Source of the DNA: Nitrospirales bacterium
GTDB taxonomy: Bacteria > Nitrospirota > Nitrospiria > Nitrospirales > UBA8639
DNA length: 64,000 nucleotides
Assembly (NCBI GenBank): GCA_965203295.1
Contig: CBDBCZ010000012.1
Span: 416,001 to 480,000, forward strand
Reading direction: 5' to 3'
Shown here: piece by piece, positions 12,301-22,982 of the stretch
Layout: every line of letters starts with the position of its first letter
How positions within the stretch are numbered: position 1 is the first letter of the stretch
The notes under the pieces: model-generated
Database searches by the model: none
What the model was told of the DNA's origin: nothing
The model's input: only the letters and a program-made list of their open reading frames with translations
Made by a program: the position numbers and the translations under genes

Positions 12301-15300
12301 AAATAGTGTAGGGGTACACTAAATCTTTCCGGTATAATAAATATAGGAGTGAAATAGCGTAGGAGTGCACTAAATTCCTCGTGCAAGTACATGCAGTTGT
12401 GCTTGTTGAACTCGCTCGCTCTTTACAGATGAAAATGAACAGTGTCATCTCTATGTGATTTGAATCCATACAAATCACATGCAGATGATATCCATTCTAT
12501 CCGTACAGAATGGGTGCAGTGAGCGAGTTAAACAAGCACAATTAAGAACTTATATATACATCGAGGTAGTTTGGGACATAGTGACTACTTTCCCCAGTAG
12601 TGATAGAGGAAATAGTGTGGTGATTTACTGCAAATCACAACTCTGTCTCCATGATAAGTATTTTATGTGGTACACATGTACCATATACATGTACCATATA
12701 CATGTATGAAGGGATATCCTCGAGTCACAGTGTACTGTATTTCAGCGATCAGACGCCGCGGCTACTAATTATTTTATCATGCGAATTTTTGTGGCCATTA
12801 TTTGAGGGTGGCCACTAATTGAGGGTGGCGTTTATTAGTTTGCTGACTACACAGCGATGCACAACGGTATTTCCAATCTGTTCCATAAATCACTGTTCAT
12901 GGTGTGCCTCAATGCTATCAAAGAGCCATCACATTATCGGCAGAGATATCGAAAACATGGAATTGCTGGCATCTTCCGCTCAGATTCCTTTGCAGACCTC
13001 GAGAAAGACACAGGTGAGGTTCGATGACTAAGTCAAGTATTACTCTATTCTTGGTGTAGTTATGATACCTTGCTGCTTATTCTTGTGGTACTTGAAGTTC
13101 AGCCGTGGCTACTAATCAATCGAGGGTGGCCACTATTCCGTTCAGAACTTCCGGAGGTGAGACTACAATTCAAGAGCAGCTACTAATCGAGGACCGTGTC
13201 TAGTTGTGAAAATACGGTAGGTGGTACATCATTTCCTCTATATACATGGTGCGAAGATCATTGAAATCTGGTTGTCTATCATTGTGACATTTGAGATTCT
13301 GTCAAATCAATTGATAGTAGTGGATATTGAGCCTTTTAGGCCTTATTTAAAAAGGGATACGTAGTTAGCTGAGCACACCATGGATAGTTTGGTTTGTGAC
13401 CAGTGGCAGGGTGAGGCAGTCCTGTTCTGTAAGGAGTGCCAAAACAGCTATTGTGCTTGCTTCATGCAGCTTAGTGAGACACGGAGTGGACGAACCATAG
13501 CACTGCGAGGATCTCAAAGGTTCCCAAGTGCACCCTTATCTCCCTACAGGAAAATGCACTCTCATATCCCCAACAAAAAGGTAAATTTAACCACCCAAAT
13601 TTAAGGGGTATTAGCTTATGGTGAAGCATTTCAAGAAGACTGCTTTCAAGGACTGGCAGTAGACAGCAATCAAGGCCGCTGTGGATGGGAAGAATTCCCT
13701 CACAGTACAGCCAACAGGATCTGGGAAGAGTCCATTTCCAGTTTCCAGGAGTGGCCAACTGCTAACCTGGATCAGTTCACACGTCTTGAAACAGCAGGAT
13801 TAAAGATTACCTACCAGAAAGATGCTTTCAAAGTGATTACCTACCAGAAGGATGGTTTGAAAGTGTAGCAGGGCCAGTATGATATTATTCTGTGTATGCC
13901 TGAGTCCTTCTTCGACAGATGAAGCATGTGAAGCTTAGCCTGCTGATTTGGAAATGCCTCTATTGGATGTACTGGAGAAAATAGTTGTACTGTTTCATGA
14001 TGAGTCCACCTTCCAAGCTAATCCCACAGTGTGGGCAATACCAGGAACAAGTGTGATGCGACCAAAGTCTAGGGAAAGTGGCATCATGGTATCTGACTTC
14101 ATCGAAGAATAGGGAGGATAGATACTTGCACCTCACCCATGAGGAATACGAACGTGCAAAGGAGAAAGATACAATTCGCAAATACCTACGACAGTTTGTG
14201 GAGTATAGGGAAGCAAAGGAGGGATACTGGACTTCAGACAAATTAATGAGGCAAATCAAAGAGGGGTTGCTGCGGCCAAGTACACAAGGGAGGAAGAATG
14301 AAGGCTGGTGCCCGGGGGAAAAGCAACGAGTGCTGAGAGATGGAGGGTGGGCTGGCAACCCTCAGAAGATAAACTACAGCCTTGGGATTCCGAAGGGCAT
14401 GTGTGCAGCTCTGGAGGAGAGAGGAACTAAACCGCGGAACATGAACGGTAATAAGATGAGGGAAGCCCTTGGCAGTCACCCCGACTTCAAGAATAAAAAG
14501 TCCACTATCGATTGGTTCTTGGGTGAGGAGAAGGGCCATGTTGCATACATGTACATGCTGCCAAAATTTTACTGTGAGCTGAACTCAATTGAGCGGGTGT
14601 GGGCGAAAGCAAAGCGGTACAGCAAATCGATAATAATTAATTATAAGTCCACTAAAGCCAATAACGTAAAATCTAATCTGATTCCCCGAAAAAAGAGCTT
14701 TCAAATGATACCTATTTCACTGAGTATTGATGCACTATGCAAACGTACATACGTGTTACATAAAAGCGTATTTGTAGAATAGGAAGTTACATCATAAATA
14801 TCATTTTCCCTGTTTTGGAAGTACGTACATGCCTGGCTGTACTATATAGGTTCTCAGTGAATCAGTGGCGTCAGCAATGAAGTTGATAGCGGAAAATAAA
14901 GTGACTGAATTAGGTTTGCCGAAATGTTTGACAGGTTCTTCAACGGCCTCAATGAGATATCAAAAGAGGAGGTGTTCGTTCAAGCTTCCCTACAGGTCTG
15001 CATGTGACTTTCAATTCAAGGCATACTAAATATTTGCAAACCGCTTCTATTTTTAATTTAGTGGCTGAAGGAGACCTTTCTTGGTTATCTAAGCGAGTGG
15101 AAGAGTGGCGAGGAACGACCGGGTTACTGTAAGTTGACAAAGCTCCTGAGTCCAGAAACACGCTTGGATCTACAATGTAGTGACGTTTCTGCTCACCACA
15201 CCCGGTGTCAAGGCCTTCCTGAGTGAGAAACTGTGGCAGGACCCTCTGGAGAAGTTTTTTGGCTGCCACAGACAGAGAGGGAGAGTTAATGAGACCTCCA

Positions 15301-18300
15301 CTGCTGCCCCGTTCTACAAGAGCGCACAGACCTTGAGAGTTATAAATTCTTTTTGTAAGGGCTTAGACAGAGGCAGCTGTTGGGGGAATAAAGAGCCTGT
15401 GAGTTTCGACGCGGAGAACTAGCCACTGCCAAAACGTTACCGTACCAAAAAATAACTATTGTATACCAACCATGACCATTTGTTTTTTTACCAGCCGGAG
15501 CGCGCGAACGGCTGGTACTAAGATTGCTTTACGTTTTCCGCGTCTGTTTGTTTGTTTGTTTGTCTGTCTGTTTGTGCGTCCGCACTTATCACGTGCGCAA
15601 TATATTACGTCATACGTTACTATGCAACTGCAGTGTATAGCAGCTTTTGGAGGTTTGCGGGCCAAGCTACAGCAAATGAAGGTAGTTTTGTGTTGCCTAG
15701 ATGGCGAAAGCGTGGTAGGTAGCCGTAAAGATCCTGTTTTGGTGGTGTATAGCTACTAACTGGAGGCGCATGACGAAACTGCTGAGTCAGCACTTTCGCT
15801 GTACCGCTCTAGGAATATAGTATCTCTGGCTCTACAGCTTTAGTTTAATAGCTTGGCCTAAGCTGAGTTGTGTGTACTGTACGAGAAAGGCGTCCGGCTG
15901 GTTTTTTAGACATGAAATGTCAGACTTGTTAATTTTGTACACTGACATGATACTTCATTAATGACCGCTATGCAAAGCATTAGATTTCTGCAGGTTCTTA
16001 TTTGACTGCTTATGCTGCTCAATCCAGCCACTACAAAAGAAAATCCATGTATAGCGATCCATAAATCTGTGATCATGTCCTTTGGGATCTTCTCTTCTGC
16101 CTCGCCAAAGTCAGCTGCAGTTATGCACCAGTGGAAGCGGACGTCTTCATCTGACAGGTACTTGCTTTTCTCCCGATGAAAGACTATGCACATTGCTCTT
16201 CCTGAAATGCTGTCTACCCAACCACTTCCATTGACTGAAAGGCCATAATGTAGCATCACTGATGTGCAACAGCCCTCCTCTGTCAATTGAGTTCAGCCAG
16301 GCTTCAGAATCGTGGTCATCTTGACAATTTATGATGCCTACAACAAGTTCCTCCTTCCATGGATGAGAGGATCTGTCTGGCTTCCTACTGAGGTTTTGGC
16401 AGACATAGCTGGCGGCGTAACGAAGGGCATTCTATTCTTGAAAGGAAGATCGCCTTCAAAACCAATGCTTTCCTCTAGTGGGAACTGCTGCTGAATGATT
16501 TTTCTTAACATCAGGTTTGTCAGGTGATGAGAGTTGCAGGTAAAAAGATGATCATTGAGTCAGAAAATCAGAAGTACTACGAGTTTTGTGGTACTTGCCC
16601 CACGTCTTCTCTCTCTGCTATTTTATTTTCTGAATCAGAGGCTGTATTCAGACCAGCAGTAACAACAGTTGCAAAAGACTGCAACACCGTTGCATTCTCC
16701 TCTTTCAAGGTCCACTCCTGTAGTTTAACTGCTGAAGTACTAGCATTGGAAGCATTATAGCAGAAGGACTCTTAATCCCTTATCCTCCAGCACGTCCCTT
16801 AGCACCGTTCTTACGAGTTCAGCTGCCCCTTATAATAGTATAGCCATCAGTATACCATACATGTACTTTATAATTCGCCTACAGCGTGCCAAATATCATC
16901 ACTTACCTATTCCTGACATACACTGTACACTCCTTGAACTTGACATGATCAATTCGCTTATTAATAGCCAAAGCTGAACGCTGCTATACATCCCAAGTTG
17001 GAATACATATGGCGCGTGGGGGTACTTCATGTATAACAAGGAGTGTACATGATGTAGGTGCGACCTGGTGCAATAAACATCCGTTTCCAATCCCGCTCCG
17101 AAGGACATGTATCTATGATCTAGCTGTCTGTCAGTCCCGTCCATGTAAGCTAATGAAGCTCAAGCAAGTTCGAGAATAAGCGATAAAACCCATGATGTCA
17201 TCATACGAGTACTTCAACTGCTGGAATGCTCTAACAAACCATATTTTCTTATGGCCTCAAATGAGCACTTTGAGGACAATTCATCACAAAGGCAGAGACT
17301 AATATAACGGTCGGTCAACGGATAAAAGCCGAACGTAAGAGTCACATGACCGACCGTGCGGTACCGCAGTCTGACAGAATGGCCGCTTAAAAGCCTCCCG
17401 TTGCTCGGTACGCGGTCGTCAGAGCGTCCGCTATTTCCCAGTGCATGCTAGCGCGATGATGCGGTTGAAAGGCCCGTGTGAAGCGCGAAAAACAGCATTT
17501 TCTCACATTTTCACGTTGAATCGCGCCATTTCATGCGTACACGTGTAAAAGCGAGAAATGGTCACGCTCGATTTTAGCGCACAACGTAGCACAACAAGCG
17601 CTTGGAGCAAGAACTCACATTCTACAGCCTTAGCAAGCCTTGTTAAGCGTTTGAGTTACAAATCTGCACTCGTTCATGCAGCATATAGCTGTAAACGTTC
17701 GGTATTCGGCGATATTTTCACGGTAAAACGTGCGGTTACGTGAGAAAGTAGGCTGAAAATGCGTGAAAACCACGCGAATCACGTAAACACGCGGGGTTTT
17801 TTCCTCAGCGAGCTACATGTATATACCTCAGCTCTAGTGGCGACATAGCACGGGTGAAGAACGTCAAGTCGTCGTTTCAATTTTTGCAGTGAAACTTCCA
17901 TCCAGAGCAGCAAGCGTTGATGTTGTTGAAATGCGACAAGGATAAAATGATCAGGGCCTTAATTGTGTCTCTTCTGTGGTGTTTGGCCTACAGGGAGTAC
18001 TAAAATATGATCTGCTTCATAAAAAAGCACTAACAGGCATGGATAACTGGGTCGGACAACAAATGAACCAGCAACATACTGGACAAGTAATTGTTGTCGG
18101 ACCGTGTCCGACCAATTCTATAAATGGTCTGACACACTGTCTGATCACTTTTCAAAACTTATATTTGTCTCTGAAAGGCTAGTGCAATTTAGCCATGCCA
18201 GTGAAAACTGTACAACTGCTAGTGAAAACTGTAACTGCTACATTAACCACAATTGTGTGCATTAAATGGAGTCAGTGCCATTTGCCTACATGTAGGCCAG

Positions 18301-21300
18301 AGGAGGTACGTCAAGGTTTGAATTATGCATTACGTCATGCACTGGCGTGCACGATTAATTGCGTTCTTTTAGCTATTACGCATGCGTACAAGTGCAGTTG
18401 GCTTAAAAGGCTTAATTTTTGAAGGCAAAAATCATGGACTTAAAGATCAGGCTGAACTGCAAGGGTATATCGGTAAGCCACTCGCCAGAAGTACGGTAGA
18501 TGCCTTCAATGATGGTAGAAAGTATTGACTGCTGATTTATAGCAGACATTAGCTGGAATACCTCTCGAAAAAGTAACGCACAAACGCACAGATCCTTTCT
18601 TCCAAGTAAAATAGCTCGATATACTTACCGGTCATGTGACTAGTTGCCTCTTAGCACGTGATGCTGACGTACCTCCTCTGCATGTAGGCCATGGCTGTGA
18701 AGAGCTAGGCCACAGTCCTAGCGTACCTACATGTATGTATGTTGCTTGCCAACGAGGCTGACACTCGATACTACATCTATGAAGAACTAGAGTGAAGTCT
18801 TTGCATGCCTGTATTGTTTTGCAGTTGTTTGCAGTCTCCTCCACATGATTCAGGCCAGCAGTATTGCTGCCACAGGCAGATGCTAAATGTTCCATACAAA
18901 TCTCATGCCGATGACACCTTTCTAGAGCGAACACAGCGAGCGTGTTCAATACGCACAAGTACATGGTGTAGTTGCACGAGCGAATTAAGCACAACTACTT
19001 ATATAAGCCTAATATCCAAGATCAATAATACAACTTGCATTTAAAAAAGAGTTCCTGTAGGGAATGATTCCCCAAAAACAAACCAAACCCAGGTGAAAGA
19101 GACACGTGTGAAGCCACGCGAAGCAGCCAGTTCGCACGTTTTCTCGCTATTTCCCGCATATGCGCGAAATAGCAAGAAATGGTCACGATCGCGTTTAATT
19201 TATCATACACAGAGTAGCACAGTGAACGTTTGGCGCAAGAAATCGCGTTCTATGGCCTTAGTAAACTTAGCAAGTGGTTAGTTACACTCGTTCACGCAGC
19301 GTTTGGCTGTTAGCGCTCGGCGACCACGCGTGTTTCGGCGGTATTTACGCAGTTTTACACGTGAAAGAGCCAGAAGAGCTGCTGAGGGCGCGTCGCTGCT
19401 AACGTACGCATAGGTTAATACCTCGCTCACCCCACAATGCTTTGCAATCACCTAGTTATAGGGAGAATTCAGTGTACATGTAACTGTAACCGCTATATAT
19501 TACAATAGCATTACAATAGTGACATAATCTACCAACCTGAAATCCATGGGTGTTGGTAGTATATGAATAACTGAAACCTTTTCCCGCTACAATGGCAACT
19601 GGTACATGTACAATATATGTGCAACTCTTGTGACCTCACTCCCTCTAAAACCTTCGCTGTTTGGGAACGATATGGACTTAAGTCTAGAATTGATTGATAA
19701 ACTTGTAGTAATAGTCATGTGAAAATCACGTTGGGTCATTAGGCTTGACCAATTCGTGATATTTTGATGACTTGGAGTTACAAGCAGAATATAAAAAAGC
19801 ACTCACAGCAGCAGCATTTCCTCCAACTTGCATTGCTCTCAGCTGATGCCATGTCCATGAGTCGAGCTGTGTTGATCTATTTTAGGGAAAAAAAGGCACA
19901 AACATTACTGAGTTACTGTTTAAGCTGAAGAACTGTATGCCAGATCCATGAATCTCAGTACCCACATATTTGCATAGTACTGTAGGACTGGCTTTAACTG
20001 TGTATTAAAATTATTGTGTTTTCAGGTTTGGAAGGTGAACGGAAAACGGAGAGTAGAAAGGAAGGTAATATTTTTCTTTAAAAAAAACACATACAATCAT
20101 AAACCGCACAGTAGCAATGCACACAGGTGCATGCATGTATACTGAATGTTCACATGCAGTAGTACTATAGATTCAGCAGTTAAGAGTGCCCAACAATGGA
20201 AGTGTCTGCTAAAACTAACCTCACAAAACTAAGGTGCACTCCCAAAGATCGGTGAACAGCAGAACAGTCAATGCACAGGAACACTCCATAGGTAACTGAA
20301 GACCACGTTGGATTCTTGGCTCCACAGTCAAAACAAAGCTGCATATGAGAGTTACATGTAAATAAGAGGCTGTAAGATTGTGGAATAAGTGACATCACTG
20401 TGACATCAACACATGGGCGAGTGTAAGCCATTAGTGTGTTCAAATGAGAATTTTTCTGTGCGTACATGCGTGCGGTCCACATACCACATATTGTTCGCAG
20501 CCATGACCCAATACAACAATCAAAAGTGTTTTAGTCCACATACCGTATATCCATGATCCAATTCAACATTAAAACTATTTCACATGGCTATGGGGTGGCA
20601 TGTCAAAACGCTGGTGTGTACGTGCTAGATCTAGAGTGTTGTTCAAGGCCACCACGTATACAAACACATACGGACCCCTCATGTGGGAGAGCAGCTATGG
20701 CTGAAACACATGGAGAACAACGAGAATGATATGAGAGCGGTAGCTGTTGTGAAAGGCCGCATCATTGCTGGCTTCAAATATTGCAGAAGGCTCATCTGGC
20801 ACAAGAAATACATGTACAGTGTACAGCTGCAGTGCTAGCTACAACAACTTTCCAAATAACGTTCACACCAGAGAAATGCAGACGTTATGGTACGGCACGG
20901 CAAGTGTTGCGACTTTTTGCGAGCTTAAAAACAGACACATTATTAGATATATCAAAATTAAAAACTGGTCCTACGGTATGCCGTAGGTATATGCATATAT
21001 ACATGGTACTGTATTATCCACCACAGCAAATGATCAACATTAGCAACCGCTCCAATAGTCCTAACACACTGAGTTATGCAAGGAATGGATAACGAACGCG
21101 ACATCACATCCGGGGTACATTCCTGCGCCATGTTGGGGTACTTAAGTACTACGGTCAATGGGAAATGTGGCTAAATTTGCCGTGCTGTAACTTCCAGACG
21201 GTACCGTATATAACGATACGGCGAAAAGCTTTGAAAAGTTTGATCATTGCGGAAGCAAACAGTGAAAATCACGTGACGATCGAGAAAGCGTGTTGTGAGC

Positions 21301-22982
21301 TACGAAGCAAGAAAGATAGACGGCTGGCTGTCAGTATTTCCAAGCTAAGTATTTCTGTTGAGTATGAAGATAATCCAGGGGGTGTATGAAGGCTTTTACA
21401 GAAGAAAGCTACTCCCCATCCTTGCATGCACACTAGTCCACAAAAGTCTGAGGCAGCACAGTGCCATTGCTACAGCTTTATACTGAAAATGACGTTCCTG
21501 GGACAGTCTTGCATGAGCCATTGGAAAGTCACTATACTTGCACTGCTATGGTGGCTCCTTTACCACAGCATTCATACATGCCTTGGTACAAACAATGGCA
21601 ACCAGCCGTCTTTATCACTTCGTAGCTCACAACATGCTTGCTCAATCGACACACAGTTTTCTCTGCTCGCTTCCACAAAGATCAAACTCTCCAACGCTTT
21701 TCGCCGTATTGCTATACACGGTACTGTCTAGAAGTTACAGCATGACAAATTTGGCATCATTTCCCATTGACCGTAGTACTTACCCTTTAAGCGTGGTACT
21801 TAATTATTCACGACTTCCGCATCACGCAGAACCCAATTGTCTAGGTTACACGTGCTCGTAGTTTTGTAGAGTTGTAGGCTTTTTTTGTGCTGAACGGCAA
21901 CACTGGAAGGTAGGAAGTGTAAAGCTGTCATTGTTTTGTGTGTATAGCTGGTGTGCTAAAGTCCCTACTAATGCAGAAGAGTGAATTGAATACAAACGGC
22001 ACTAAAGCTAACCTTGGTAGTCACCATTTTTGTGTGTCTGTCCCCTCAACTAATGAACAGTGATGAGTCACTTTTGTTACTTCATGCCGGATCTGTTACG
22101 AAGCGCTGGATCTGTATCTAAGGCCTAGCACTCTGACTGTAGCCATACTCAGCGTTTTTGGCTTCAACAGCCTTGTAGACAATAACTGTTGCCCTTGCCG
22201 TGCACTAACTGTACTATACAACCAACTGCCAGCTGAACACTTTGAATTACTTGTGACGGAGGTGGAGCTTTAGGTCGATTGCTAAAGACCATAGGGTTAT
22301 CCCCCCTAAAGCGTCATGTGAACCATTAAATCTGAAGGGTCTGACCCGTATCACTTATTATGGCGAGCATATACATGTATATACACTCGCCACGATACGC
22401 AGAAGTATTTTTTGAGTGTATATATATGCTTGCCGCGTTCAAAGGGTTAAGTACCTCAACATGGCGCAAGAACGAACCCCGGATGTGACATCGCCATAGA
22501 TAGTTTGTTCGTTTCCATAAACACTCTAATATTTACGACGTCGCATCCAATTACAGGACTGTGTAAATATCTTAGCCTTACATGAAATGAACTCTTAGTA
22601 GCTCCCCTTTGAATAAGGCACTACTGATACCCCAAAGCAATTTTTCAGCTCTAATGTTCGAAGGTACGTACCCTCAAGGCCATATTGGGTACCTAGCTCA
22701 ATTAGACTGGATACGGTATAAGCACCCCAGGATCTGAATAGTAGATGTGGTTTACGATCAAATAAGTAACAAATCTACCTCACTCTCAGCAATATATTAC
22801 CTAATGTACCAACAGGGGCAGGAGAGCAACGTAAATAATGCTGAGCGTCACCCGTCCAAACTTCTGTAAGGGATTAGTACTACTATAAATGTTTTCTACT
22901 CTTAGATTCTTGCCTTATTTGTTCCGATCGCTCTTAGTCGCTTGAATACTTGACCGATCTCTTGCTTTGTTGGTTCTGCCAT
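3346..22982 (-). CDS. ARFGAP2: ADP-ribosylation factor GTPase-activating protein 2/3 homologue (Glo3-type), multi-exon, 3' part not identified (probably left of window)
   Basis: Exons, all phase-compatible: 22914-22982 ([23 protein letters not shown]), 20220-20338 ([40 protein letters not shown], ArfGAP CxxC-x16-CxxC with catalytic R), 19807-19876 ([23 protein letters not shown]), 11326-11457 ([30 protein letters not shown]), 8971-9064, 8676-8828, 7818-7858, 6907-7006 ([24 protein letters not shown]), 5713-5842 ([13 protein letters not shown]), 4985-5104, 4258-4296, 3346-3549. ARFGAP2 vs ARFGAP3 cannot be distinguished. Confidence 0.93.
3769..4197. mobile_element. Degenerate MITE (TACTGTATAGTGGGAAATTTTC-type ends)
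   Basis: Left TGTATAATGAGAAGTTTTTACAAGGTGCAAATT and right GAAAATTTGTACCAGTGAAAATTTCCCACTGTACA are imperfect inverted repeats. Related ends at 6880-6893, 10405-10946 and 34330-34365. Confidence 0.5.
5300..5542 (-). repeat. Interspersed repeat family X copy (related to 18190-19000 and 43000-43553)
   Basis: Shared blocks GTCCTAGC, TGTTTTGCA.TTGTT, CTGGCAGATGCTAAATG, GATGACAC found in all three copies. Confidence 0.6.
5551..5665. mobile_element. Short MITE with ~30-bp TIRs, TA-flanked (Tc1/mariner-type ends)
   Basis: TACGGTACTGAAAAATAACGGCAGTCTCATGT ... ACATGAGACTGCCATTATTTCTTAGCACACAGTA. Confidence 0.65.
6175..6243 (-). mobile_element. tRNA-derived SINE head or tRNA-Thr(AGT)-like pseudogene
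   Basis: Minus strand TCCAGTAGCTCAGTAGTAAGAGCATCTGACTAGTATTCAGAAGGTCCTGGGTTCAATCCCCAGCTG: A box, anticodon arm TCTGA-CTAGTAT-TCAGA, B box, then a T run. D-loop GG lost and acceptor stem incomplete. Confidence 0.65.
8011..8201. mobile_element. Degenerate MITE
   Basis: TATCGTAGATTGGAAAATTTT ... AAATTATTTTCGATCTACAATA imperfect TIRs. Confidence 0.55.
9140..10100 (-). pseudogene. Decayed transposon-associated ORF, same family as 15931-16760
   Basis: Minus-strand reading [14 protein letters not shown] near 9730-9770 parallels [11 protein letters not shown] at ~16400-16435. Boundaries approximate. Confidence 0.4.
10405..10946. mobile_element. MITE-like non-autonomous DNA transposon
   Basis: TACCATATAGCGCTTAAATTT... 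and ...AATACAGTA ends; repeated internal GTTGAAATAATTTT..GAAT blocks at ~10468 and ~10882. Confidence 0.5.
11600..12059 (+). mobile_element. Non-autonomous Helentron/Helitron2-type element (HINE/DINE-1-like), copy 1
   Basis: 5' TACCAGCCGGA with nearby partner CGGCTGGTA, internal (GTYT)n microsatellite, 3' sub-terminal inverted repeat TCCGGCTGGT (12023-12032), small hairpin GACAT-GAA-ATGTC, CTTGTT end, T-rich insertion site. Near-identical to 15489-15930. Confidence 0.8.
12733..13219. mobile_element. pogo/Tigger-like MITE
   Basis: TACTGTATTT...AAATACGGTA ends; repeated internal GAGGGTGGCCACTA / GCGGCTACTAAT motifs. Confidence 0.65.
13380..13917 (+). pseudogene. Relic of a RecQ-family SF2 helicase ORF preceded by a B-box-like Cys motif
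   Basis: 13621 frame reads [36 protein letters not shown] (motif 0 and Walker A), then after frameshifts [28 protein letters not shown]. Upstream [23 protein letters not shown]. Confidence 0.65.
13965..14630 (+). mobile_element. Decayed IS630/Tc1-like (DDE_3-type) transposase
   Basis: [13 protein letters not shown]...[18 protein letters not shown] then frameshift into 14078-14782 with [39 protein letters not shown]. Confidence 0.75.
14900..15455 (+). mobile_element. P-element/THAP9-like transposase fragment
   Basis: [13 protein letters not shown] (~14916-14955) and [26 protein letters not shown] match the FDxLN and QDxLExxFxxxR motifs of P-type transposases; frameshifted. Confidence 0.7.
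15489..15930 (+). mobile_element. Non-autonomous Helentron-type element, copy 2
   Basis: Aligns end to end with 11600-12059 apart from two ~9-bp indels and scattered substitutions; same termini. Confidence 0.8.
15931..16760 (-). pseudogene. Decayed transposon-associated ORF convergent with the P-like transposase
   Basis: [11 protein letters not shown] ... WVDSISGR ... [15 protein letters not shown] ... [11 protein letters not shown], with stops and frameshifts. Confidence 0.5.
17293..18173. mobile_element. Non-autonomous hAT-like element with 15-bp TIRs and a 5-bp TSD
   Basis: CAGAGACTAATATAA (17293) vs TTATATTTGTCTCTG (18159-18173), 14/15 match; AAAGG on both flanks (17288-17292, 18174-18178). 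Confidence 0.75.
18190..19000 (+). repeat. Repeat family X copy with 3' hairpin (Helitron-like end)
   Basis: Collinear with 43000-43553; ends GTAGTTG...CACAACTACTT. Confidence 0.6.
19100..19380 (+). repeat. Diverged CpG-rich repeat homologous to 17470-17790
   Basis: Shared CGTGTGAAGC, GAAATGGTCACG, GTAGCACA, GCAAGAA, GCCTTAG, CACTCGTTCA blocks in the same order. Confidence 0.6.
21084..22526. mobile_element. Foldback element with long (~240 bp) inverted arms, right arm split by an insertion
   Basis: 21143-21330 is the reverse complement of 21600-21782; 21098-21145 is the reverse complement of 22447-22497. Confidence 0.8.
21783..22446. mobile_element. piggyBac-like non-autonomous element inserted at TTAA
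   Basis: Ends CCCTTT...AAAGGG; flanked by TTA (21780-21782) and TTAA (22447-22450). Removing it restores GTAGTACTTAAGTACC of the host arm. Confidence 0.7.

Noticed and set aside
11600..15930. The two 440-460 bp direct repeats as LTRs of a retrotransposon
   Set aside because: No TG...CA ends, PBS/PPT, TSD or gag/pol between them; termini fit Helentron-type elements.
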